A stretch of 56,057 bases of DNA. Origin: a virus. Where the stretch lies: the IMG/VR virus record IMGVR_UViG_3300020472_000001; one strand, written 5' to 3'. The notes under the pieces are model-generated. The model did not search any database, was not told the origin of the DNA, and worked only from the letters and a program-made list of their open reading frames with translations. A program made the position numbers and the translations under genes. Shown one piece after another: positions 48,377 through 56,057 of this stretch; within the stretch, counting starts at the first letter, position 1, and each line of letters starts with the position of its first letter.

Positions 48377-50848
48377 TTAATTTTTATTTTGCATTTCTAA
48401 TAATTTAAATTGTGCTTGCTGTTCTAGCCTAGCCCTAGCAGTTTCATCACGTAAATCTGCTATATCTTCCATAGATTCTATTCTTTCTTTGTCTACGTTA
48501 ATTCTTCTTTGTGCATCTAATGACTTACGTTTTTCTTCTTGTAAGAACTGTTGTTGTTCCATAGATAGCTCTTGACCTTTCAATGCAAGTTCTTGTTTTC
48601 TTATGGCTACTAACGGATCTTCATCACTTGGATCAGAAACTTTCTGACTGTATTCTGTTATTAGCTCTGCCATGATAGGTGCAGAGAACTGAGCAAGTAA
48701 GTCACCAGCTTGTGCAACCATTTGTTGTGCTTCTGCTGGATTTGCTTGTTGAGCTTGTTGTTGTATTTGTTGAAACTGTTGCATCACCTCTGGTGGCATT
48801 TGTTGTTCAGCTAAACTATCTGCTTTCATTTGTAGATGTTGCATAATGTGTGAATGTATTAAAGCTTGTACTTGTGCGTTCATTTGCACTGGCGGTGTCT
48901 GTAATAAAGCCATATGTGTTGCAATATGAGCATCGTGGTTCTGTTGTCCAAATGCTTGAGCTTGTTGACCTAGTAAAAGTTTATTGTTTTCAAACCCTGC
49001 CTCTATAGGACTAGGTTGAGTCGGTGGTGGTGGCGTAAGTATTTTTTCTACGTTATCAACGCCTATAGCTGCATACATTCTTTTGTAAGATTCGTATATA
49101 CCAGTTGGCCCATGCACATCTGGATTAGATTGCACTAATGCCATCATTTCTTGTGCCATAGCAATACGTTGCGATTGACTAAATATATCTGGGTTTGAAA
49201 TAGGAAATATATCTATCCTATCATCAAAGTCTGATAGTTTTATTTCAGAGTTGCCACCTGCTATTGCATACGGATATTCAGGCGGTAAGTATTCTTTAAA
49301 TACTTGAGCTAATAATCTAAATTCTTTTTTCTGTGAATTGTGTAGTCTTTTGTGTATAGCTGATAAAACCTTTGTAGATCTTTCAAGTAAAGCAAGAGTA
49401 GTACCTACAGGTGCATTAGGATTACCTTTACCTGTATTAATTTCAGCAATAGATGCAAACTTCTTACCACCGTCTACTAATATACCCAGAAGGTTTAACA
49501 AAGTACCGCTTGGCTCTTTAAAAGGTAGTGGTTGGATAGATTCTCTAAGTGATCCACCAGGAGCATCAACGTCTCTGAACTCTCCAGGTTGTATTGGTGT
49601 ATCTTCATCTCTAATTCTTATACCACGAGTCTTAAACCCAGCAGGTAAATTAGCTAGGGTACCAGCGTCAATTAACTGTCTTAGTATGGATGTAGATGCT
49701 TTAGATAAACCACCTATCATATGCGTTAATCCAAAGCCGTAGAATCCTAGGCCAGGTAAGAACTTGAAGTGAACAAAGTATTCAACTTTATTTTTAAGTG
49801 GATCTTGTTCAAGAAAGTTTCTACGAATAGATAGTATTTCACTAGAATTGACATCAATAGTGACTATGTAAGGTAGTTTCACGCCTGTTGCTTCACCAGA
49901 GTCATCCATATCTTCAAAGCCATCTAGCTCTAAATTACAATGCACTTCATACAACATAGATACTTCACCATCATCATAAGAAGGCTCCATACCAGATAGT
50001 TTGTCTATCTCTTCTTTTACATCGGATGATTCAATATCATCACCGTAATCTATATCTACTTTACGGTAAAAACCAAGAGCTTGTAGTTTTCTAACTTCAT
50101 TCTCTGGCATTTTAATAACATTGGTAATTCTAGGACATGATTCTAGATCTGTGGTGTAGTAAGGTACGATTAAGTCTTCTGGGGCTACAAACTTAGAAAC
50201 AGCTCTACCTAGGGCTTCATCGTAATAAACTTTCTTAAATGCAGATCCTGCAAGAGGTAGGTAGAACAACATCTGATCTAACTCTTCATCAAACTCTTCC
50301 ATAACATGAGTAATTTGATAGTTCATAAACTCTTTGACTCTTTGGGCTTGTTCTTCAACGCCACTATCGTAGGCACCAATAACTTGTGTTTTTACGGGTC
50401 CACCAGAGGGTAATAATTCTTTGTATGCTTGTGCTTGAAAAGTAGTGACTGCTTCACCTAGTAAAGGATGTATGACACCAGAGGCACCTTCAAAAGGTTC
50501 AGACCTTTCATCGTCAAACTTCATACCTAGGTATTTAAGGCCATCTGTGTAGGTTCTTTCCCAATCTTCACGAGATGATTTGTCTTTCTCAATACCATCC
50601 ATAAGTTGATTGGATATTTTAGCTAGATCATTGTCGTCCATAGATTCAGCTAAGTTTTCATCAAAGCCTGTGTCTATTTGTTCTTGCATACTAGATTCTA
50701 AGACAGCACTGCCATCTTCTTGCATAACAAAGTCTTCCATATTAGCTTCTTCGATTGCAGCCAGTGCTACTTCCATACCTTCATCACCTAGTGGGACTTG
50801 GTTTTCTTCGTTAAGTACGGTTGGGTTGATGTCTTTTTCTATTGCCAT
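48377..50848 (-). CDS. portal protein
   Basis: 823 aa. Its start overlaps the TerL stop. Gln-rich helical C-terminal region. Canonical position and size. Confidence 0.75.
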   Translation of the reverse strand: MAIEKDINPTVLNEENQVPLGDEGMEVALAAIEEANMEDFVMQEDGSAVLESSMQEQIDTGFDENLAESMDDNDLAKISNQLMDGIEKDKSSREDWERTYTDGLKYLGMKFDDERSEPFEGASGVIHPLLGEAVTTFQAQAYKELLPSGGPVKTQVIGAYDSGVEEQAQRVKEFMNYQITHVMEEFDEELDQMLFYLPLAGSAFKKVYYDEALGRAVSKFVAPEDLIVPYYTTDLESCPRITNVIKMPENEVRKLQALGFYRKVDIDYGDDIESSDVKEEIDKLSGMEPSYDDGEVSMLYEVHCNLELDGFEDMDDSGEATGVKLPYIVTIDVNSSEILSIRRNFLEQDPLKNKVEYFVHFKFLPGLGFYGFGLTHMIGGLSKASTSILRQLIDAGTLANLPAGFKTRGIRIRDEDTPIQPGEFRDVDAPGGSLRESIQPLPFKEPSGTLLNLLGILVDGGKKFASIAEINTGKGNPNAPVGTTLALLERSTKVLSAIHKRLHNSQKKEFRLLAQVFKEYLPPEYPYAIAGGNSEIKLSDFDDRIDIFPISNPDIFSQSQRIAMAQEMMALVQSNPDVHGPTGIYESYKRMYAAIGVDNVEKILTPPPPTQPSPIEAGFENNKLLLGQQAQAFGQQNHDAHIATHMALLQTPPVQMNAQVQALIHSHIMQHLQMKADSLAEQQMPPEVMQQFQQIQQQAQQANPAEAQQMVAQAGDLLAQFSAPIMAELITEYSQKVSDPSDEDPLVAIRKQELALKGQELSMEQQQFLQEEKRKSLDAQRRINVDKERIESMEDIADLRDETARARLEQQAQFKLLEMQNKN

Positions 50849-52308
50849 TAATAATATACCCTTCTAACTGGTGCTTTATCTTGATCTGAATAGTCATCAT
50901 CGAGAGATACTAAACCACCCTCTCTAAATCTCATCAGAGCTTGAGTCATAGTATCACATAAATCATCATTTTTACCAAAGGGAAAAGCTGCACACTCTTC
51001 AATCATCTCTTCGGCAAACTTTTTTTCTGGAGCATAAACTAATTCAGATTCAAAGATAGGTGCAACTGAATGCATCCTGGTTGATTTATCGTGTCCTCTT
51101 GTAGGTGAATAGTTGACAACAGGTATGCCTAGCCTTCTAAGTTCATGAGTAAGAGGGGTTCCAGAGGCTTTTGCTTCAATCAACGTCATATCGGGCTCCC
51201 AATACTTATATTCGTTATAGGCTATCCGTTTGAGCTCTGGAAAGTCCCATCTGCCTTTTTGCGCATCAAGCAAGATAATACAGTCGGGTGAATCGGGTGT
51301 GGGTCTAAAAATACCCCATGTAGATATAGCTGAGTAGTCAGCATTTTCTTTTTTACTAAAGGCGGTATCGTAGCTTTGTATGATATAGCTAACAGGTGGC
51401 AATGATTCCCCTTCCCATATATTCCACCACTCACGTTTGACAATAGAACCTTCTTCAGAAGTTGGGTTCTGCATCCACTGAGCATTCCATTTTTGTACTG
51501 GCAAAGAAGCTTTAACTTTGTTTAACTCATCTATCTCCCAAAACTCGGGCCATAGTGCATTTTCAGTATCTGGGAATATAGCAGGAAACTCTACAATATC
51601 CCATTGATCGGCAGCTTCTTCCTTTTGTGCCTCTAAAAGCTTTGCAGTAAGGTCTATAGAGCTCCACCTTGTCATAACTAAGATAATGGCTCCTCCAGGT
51701 TGTAAACGCTGTCTAGGTCCAGAGGTGTACCATTCCCAACAGGATTCCAAAGCACTTGGACTAAGAGCATCTTGTTCTGAATGTGGATCATCAATGATAA
51801 GAAGATCCGCACCCCTACCTGTAATAGCACCTCCGACACCAGCAGCGAAGTATTCGCCACCTTTGTTAGTTTCCCAACGACCTGCTGACTTAGAGTCAGC
51901 TTGCAGTTCTACTTCTGTAAAAATACGCTTATATTCGTCAGTATCCATCATGTTTCTGACCTTACGACCAAATCGTACTGCTAGCTCGCCTGTATGAGTG
52001 GTCTGCATAATCTTACGATTAGGTTGTTTACCCATGATCCAGGCAGGGAAATAGGTAGAACAAAACTCTGATTTAGTGTGTCTAGGTGGCATATTGATGA
52101 TTAATCGGTTAATTTTGCCATTAGCAACGTCTTCTAGCTTTTGAGCAAAGATTTTGTGATGACGACCGCAAATAAACTCTGGCCACATATGTTCTACGTA
52201 TTTTAAGAAGCTATCTTGACAATCTTTTTGCTTTTCAAGTAATTGTAAGCGTTGTTTGAGAACTAGGGTTTCTTTTATCTCTTGATCAGACAGGTGGGAT
52301 AGGTTCAT
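50848..52308 (-). CDS. terL: terminase large subunit
   Basis: ATPase motifs (NMPPRHTKSE Walker A-like; DLLIIDDPHSE Walker B) and a C-terminal RNase H-like nuclease (IIQSYDTAFS...ADYSA...GKNDDLCDT). Confidence 0.92.
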   Translation of the reverse strand: MNLSHLSDQEIKETLVLKQRLQLLEKQKDCQDSFLKYVEHMWPEFICGRHHKIFAQKLEDVANGKINRLIINMPPRHTKSEFCSTYFPAWIMGKQPNRKIMQTTHTGELAVRFGRKVRNMMDTDEYKRIFTEVELQADSKSAGRWETNKGGEYFAAGVGGAITGRGADLLIIDDPHSEQDALSPSALESCWEWYTSGPRQRLQPGGAIILVMTRWSSIDLTAKLLEAQKEEAADQWDIVEFPAIFPDTENALWPEFWEIDELNKVKASLPVQKWNAQWMQNPTSEEGSIVKREWWNIWEGESLPPVSYIIQSYDTAFSKKENADYSAISTWGIFRPTPDSPDCIILLDAQKGRWDFPELKRIAYNEYKYWEPDMTLIEAKASGTPLTHELRRLGIPVVNYSPTRGHDKSTRMHSVAPIFESELVYAPEKKFAEEMIEECAAFPFGKNDDLCDTMTQALMRFREGGLVSLDDDYSDQDKAPVRRVYY

Positions 52309-54785
52309 AACTTAGCTAACATTCTATCAATTTCAACAGCACCACCAAGCTTAAATGCATCTATACCTTTTTCTTCTACGGCTTTTCTAAATTCATCTGT
52401 AAATTTAAGGTAAGTACCATCAAATTCAGTATCTGTGCCTTCTATTTTTGAAATCATGCCTTTTTGTTGTTTGCTACTAGGTATTAGTTCATCAAGTATT
52501 TTTTGTAGCTCGTTTTCACCACTTGCGTACTGTTCTATAACTCTATTTGGTGATTGTTCAGTTATAGCTTGTTTATTACCTATATGAACACCGTCTTGTC
52601 CACTTTTTACTGCAGCCAATACTCTAGACCTTACAGGTAGTTTTATGTATTTAGAGCTGCCACCTTCAAAATATGGATCTATTTTCATACCAAACTCTTT
52701 TGCATTAATACCTACTGCTTTTTTAAGAACTTTAACTCCATTAGCTAATTCAAAGAAAGTTTTGCCTTCATCTGCAATATCATCAAAGTAAGCTTTAACC
52801 CTATCTTCAACCCTGGGTCCTGCACTAAAATATTTTTGTGGACCACCAAGAGGCCCTGCTGGCATATTAAATATTTCTTCTGGTGTTTTATCTAAAGATT
52901 GTGAAAATGGTTTGCCTGTAATTTTTTCTATGTCTCTAGGTGATATAGACATTTTATCAATATCAAAATCAGTAACGCTTCTGTTTAATTGACCAATAAT
53001 TCTATCTACATCTACGTTAGCTCCGCTAGCTATTTGAGTATTTATCTCATCAACTTGTTTGTTGTAGTCTTTTAATTTTTTAAGTATTATTTTTTGTTGA
53101 GCAGGATCTATAAAACCACCTCTTGAGTTTGCAGACTTACCTATAATTTTTTTGTTTATCGCATCAATCGATCTTCTTTGTTTAAAAATTGTTTCTACAA
53201 CAGCTATTGTTTCTGCTTTGGTGCCTAAATCTGCAATATCTTTATCAACACCCAGTTTGTTGAACATAGTATCTATAGCTTTTTTTTGTGTCATTTTTGG
53301 ACTTCTAGATAAAAATCCGTCTACAAATTCTGTAAAGCTTACTGCTCTACCTGTGTCGCCTACATCAAAAGCAAAATTTGGTGCAAAAAATTTACCAGGT
53401 ATCCTCTCTGCTAATGTGTCATCAGTAAATACTTTGTATAAATCATCACCTAGTATTTTTTTAAGTGCGTCTGTGTCTGCATTTGCAATAGCTTTAACAA
53501 AAGCAGGGTTTAAGTTTTGAGACAACATACGTGATTGTGAGTTCATGCCTTTTAGTTGGTCAGTAATATTTTGGCTATAACTACGTGCTGCGTTGTTAAT
53601 GTTTATAAAAGGCAAACTATCAGTATTTTCAATAGTTTTTATAGTGGCTGCAAAATCTCTTATCATTTTAGGCCTATAAGTATCAGCTACTTCGCCTTGA
53701 AAATCTGACTGCACTCTGAATATGCTTGTTATTTTGTCGTCAGGTTTTAAATTAATATCGTTTAGTTTCTCAATAACCTCATCTAAAGATTCTTGATTTA
53801 ACTCTTGGTCAAATCTTTTTTGTTCAATAGCTCTGCTTAAAGGTTTGTTAGTGCCAATACCATCAAATACATAAGCTGTATCTCCAGTAGTACCATCGGG
53901 ATACTTTAGAGTTGAAAAATGATCTGGTTTTCCTCTGTATTCGCCAGAACCTCTAACATGATAAACAGCTTGGTTTTGTGTTTTCTGTAAATCTCTGTTA
54001 GCAAATCTTGTATCTGGAGCTTCAAGCTTAGCTTCTGGAACACCTCTGATTTGAATAGCATCTCTTTGCTGTCTAGCCATATAATCATCAAGGAATCCTC
54101 TAGATATTTTATCCGTGCCTGCTGTTTCGTTTAAAAACTTAGGATGTATGTCCTTTGATTCATCAATAATATTTAATAATCTAAGCTCTCCTGTAGGTAT
54201 TCCAGCATCAATAAGTTTATTGACCCATTCTTGTGGGGGTAGTTCCTGTACTTTTTTACCTAAAGATTTAGGGTGGTAGCCATTTACCCACTTCCTAGCT
54301 TTAGAATTTAGATCAATACTAGGTTGTAAGGTGTTATAGCTTATTTCATTGATGCCTTTGGGTTCAAAAGGTTGTATTTTTGGTAATTCTACTTGTGGTA
54401 GGTCCCTAGGCGGTGCTAATTGTAACGGCTCTTGCTTAATTAAGGGGGTTTCAGTTAGAGCATCTGCTTTCTTGGTTGCAGACTTTGTTACGCCCTTAGC
54501 ACCTCTAAGGAATCTAAATAGTGGATATAAACTAGCTAGACTTAAACCAGCCATAGCATAGTTGCCAGTAGCCCCTAGATAGTCTTTGTCTTCAATGTTT
54601 GTTTTAGCTCTAGCACCAAACTCACCCACTTCATAGGCCGCAAGAGCATCACCGACACCAGGAGAGATACTAACAGCTATCTGATCTACAACAGGTAAGT
54701 CTTCAAAAGTACGGTAGGCATCACGGATGTTACCATCAGCTATCTTGGAGCTTAAGTCTGAAAGTATTTCCTTTCTTGCAGCCAT
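52305..54785 (-). CDS. large ORFan (826 aa) upstream of and coupled to terL
   Basis: ATGA overlap with terL. No recognisable motifs. Confidence 0.6.
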   Translation of the reverse strand: MAARKEILSDLSSKIADGNIRDAYRTFEDLPVVDQIAVSISPGVGDALAAYEVGEFGARAKTNIEDKDYLGATGNYAMAGLSLASLYPLFRFLRGAKGVTKSATKKADALTETPLIKQEPLQLAPPRDLPQVELPKIQPFEPKGINEISYNTLQPSIDLNSKARKWVNGYHPKSLGKKVQELPPQEWVNKLIDAGIPTGELRLLNIIDESKDIHPKFLNETAGTDKISRGFLDDYMARQQRDAIQIRGVPEAKLEAPDTRFANRDLQKTQNQAVYHVRGSGEYRGKPDHFSTLKYPDGTTGDTAYVFDGIGTNKPLSRAIEQKRFDQELNQESLDEVIEKLNDINLKPDDKITSIFRVQSDFQGEVADTYRPKMIRDFAATIKTIENTDSLPFININNAARSYSQNITDQLKGMNSQSRMLSQNLNPAFVKAIANADTDALKKILGDDLYKVFTDDTLAERIPGKFFAPNFAFDVGDTGRAVSFTEFVDGFLSRSPKMTQKKAIDTMFNKLGVDKDIADLGTKAETIAVVETIFKQRRSIDAINKKIIGKSANSRGGFIDPAQQKIILKKLKDYNKQVDEINTQIASGANVDVDRIIGQLNRSVTDFDIDKMSISPRDIEKITGKPFSQSLDKTPEEIFNMPAGPLGGPQKYFSAGPRVEDRVKAYFDDIADEGKTFFELANGVKVLKKAVGINAKEFGMKIDPYFEGGSSKYIKLPVRSRVLAAVKSGQDGVHIGNKQAITEQSPNRVIEQYASGENELQKILDELIPSSKQQKGMISKIEGTDTEFDGTYLKFTDEFRKAVEEKGIDAFKLGGAVEIDRMLAKL

Positions 54786-54791
54786 GCTTGG

Positions 54792-55181
54792 CTACTGGGA
54801 TATGGATTCTAGTATTCTAGATATGTCGTCTTGTTGTGGTACGTTTTGAGCCTGTATACCAATCTTTTGCTGTTGTAATTGGTCAATCTCGTCAGCAATC
54901 ATCTGTGCTCTTTGAAATTCGTTGTTACGAACTACCATGTCGTACTCAGTCATAAGGTTGCCAATAGCAGTATCAATAGAGAACATTTGGTTCTCTGGAG
55001 ATCTAGTTTCAAATCTAGGTTCGTTGTCGGACATACCCATCATAGATCTGTCCATATTGGATATGGTTTTGCCACTTTCTCCAAGAATGTCTCGTATATT
55101 TCTGTTAGATAGCATTTCTAACATATCTTTGTTAGACATAGTTCTACCAGACTCACCTAACATATCTCGCATATTCATCAT
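54792..55181 (-). CDS. hypothetical protein (129 aa) with duplicated (M/I)(R)D(M/I)LGESG(R/K)T(M/I)SN motif
   Basis: NMRDMLGESGRTMSNKDM and NIRDILGESGKTISNMDR. The latter is near-identical to a segment of ORF 16818..18827. Confidence 0.7.
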   Translation of the reverse strand: MMNMRDMLGESGRTMSNKDMLEMLSNRNIRDILGESGKTISNMDRSMMGMSDNEPRFETRSPENQMFSIDTAIGNLMTEYDMVVRNNEFQRAQMIADEIDQLQQQKIGIQAQNVPQQDDISRILESISQ

Positions 55182-55489
55182 ATACCAAACATCTCCCTAG
55201 CCATCTGTAGCTCTTCCATAGTAATACCTACTTGCTCTAAGAAAGCTTGTATTTCTTGTTCTGAGGCACCCTGGGATACCATTTGTTGTAAAATTTTAAT
55301 AATTTGTGTGAGGGCTTGTTTAGCCTCTTCTTGGTCAGAACCTGATATAGAATCCATCTCTTGTTGTAATTGACCTGGTAATTCTTGAGGGGCAGGAGTC
55401 CCTTCCATCATTGGTTGTGGTTGCATACCACTCATTTGGTCAGGCATCATAACTGGTTCAACCTGCATACCCATCATATCTTCGTCCAT
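55178..55489 (-). CDS. acidic Met/Gln/Pro-rich protein (103 aa), first gene of the late operon
   Basis: ORF with ATGA overlap to the next gene. MDEDMMGMQVEPVMMPDQMSGMQPQPMMEG. Confidence 0.7.
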   Translation of the reverse strand: MDEDMMGMQVEPVMMPDQMSGMQPQPMMEGTPAPQELPGQLQQEMDSISGSDQEEAKQALTQIIKILQQMVSQGASEQEIQAFLEQVGITMEELQMAREMFGI

Positions 55490-55513
55490 GTGAAACCTCG
55501 TTGTTAAAATCCG

Positions 55514-55542
55514 ATTGTATCAGAATTTTGCTAAAAATTACT
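55514..55542 (-). promoter_or_regulatory. putative late-operon promoter with extended -10 (TGaTACAAT)
   Basis: rc of 55514..55522 is TGATACAAT. Weak -35 (AGTAAT) 17 nt upstream. Confidence 0.45.
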
Positions 55543-55684
55543 AGCATTGTGTTAAATATATGTTTTGAGTGTGTTTGTTATTAACCTTGTGTGTGTATAC
55601 TATTGCCCTGCACTTTTTGTGTCCCCCCACCATCTCAGATGCCTTCACCGACCGACTTTTGTGTCCTGCTGGGACTCCGAACAT

Positions 55685-55709
55685 AAAAAAAGGGAGCACA
55701 AAGACTCCC
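55685..55709 (-). terminator. rho-independent terminator downstream of ORF 55732..55983
   Basis: aaaaaaa-gggag-(loop)-ctccc on the plus strand. On the minus strand this is a hairpin followed by T7. Confidence 0.6.
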
Positions 55710-55731
55710 TTAATCCTCCGACTATTTGTTA

Positions 55732-55983
55732 TTAACTTACATCAGCACAATCAAAACAGTAATGATATGTTTCATTACCTTTTGCTTTCCATGTATCAGA
55801 TTTCATCATACATCTATATTCGTCTGTTCCATCTTTTTCTTTATACCATGTCTCTGTTTGCTTACAATTCTTCTTACAACAATAAGCATTTCTTATGTAA
55901 TCATCGTAATCAAAACCAACCCCACACTCATCACAAGTGTAGGGCTGTTTGTTTTGTAGATGTGATAGCACTACATATGCCAT
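55732..55983 (-). CDS. Cys-rich (zinc-finger-like) small protein (83 aa)
   Basis: CDEC...CCKKNC...C...CFDC pattern. Its start overlaps the stop of ORF 3..191 across the circular junction. Confidence 0.75.
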   Translation of the reverse strand: MAYVVLSHLQNKQPYTCDECGVGFDYDDYIRNAYCCKKNCKQTETWYKEKDGTDEYRCMMKSDTWKAKGNETYHYCFDCADVS

Positions 55984-56057
55984 TAGTTCAACTCCAAGGG
56001 AACTACATTATCAGTTTGTTGCTCTTGTTGAAGTTGTCTCATTTCAGCATGAACTCC
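55981..56057. repeat. second copy of the 77-bp end overlap (identical to 1..77)
   Basis: Verbatim identity to 1..77. Confidence 0.95.

Noticed and set aside
1-56057. Temperate lifestyle or prophage features (integrase, repressor/attP)
   Set aside because: I recognised no tyrosine or serine recombinase, excisionase or CI-like repressor. The only HTH protein is Cro/YdaS-like. The GC-rich islands have no adjacent integrase, so an attP reading is unsupported.

Overview
This window is a complete, circularly closed genome of an AT-rich tailed dsDNA phage. Bases 1-77 are identical to 55981-56057, so the unit length is 55,980 bp. I saw no tRNA, rRNA, CRISPR array, integrase or DNA polymerase gene. 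Strong AGGAG ribosome-binding sites, sigma70-like promoters and lipoprotein/curli-type genes point to a Gram-negative host and dependence on host RNA polymerase. Layout: (1) about 1-2200 holds short minus-strand early genes separated by repeated GC-rich intergenic modules carrying CCGAC/GTCGGG arrays. (2) 2200-13414 holds alternating early/middle operons: small ORFans, a small terminase subunit, a C5-cytosine methyltransferase with a triplicated target-recognition-like repeat, a RecE/DUF3799-like exonuclease, DUF3310, a Sak4-like ATPase, a DUF669 SSB-like protein, a Cro/YdaS-like HTH protein and a prim-pol/DUF3987 primase. (3) 13411-55983 is one roughly 42-kb minus-strand late block. It encodes TerL, portal, a GroES-like protein, scaffold, major capsid protein followed by a strong terminator, a cluster of polybasic small proteins, tail and tail-fibre-like proteins, 2OG-Fe(II) oxygenases plus a sulfotransferase, an SNase-like nuclease, holin and GH24 lysozyme, and four very large virion proteins. 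The standout is an accessory module at 26051-30855, next to the lysis genes. It combines a CsgF-like protein, a CsgG-like lipoprotein, a secreted curlin-repeat protein, a FecR-domain protein and a CHASE2 class III nucleotidyl cyclase, tightly packed with long out-of-frame gene overlaps. All functional calls come from motif recognition by eye and recalled family signatures; no searches were run.
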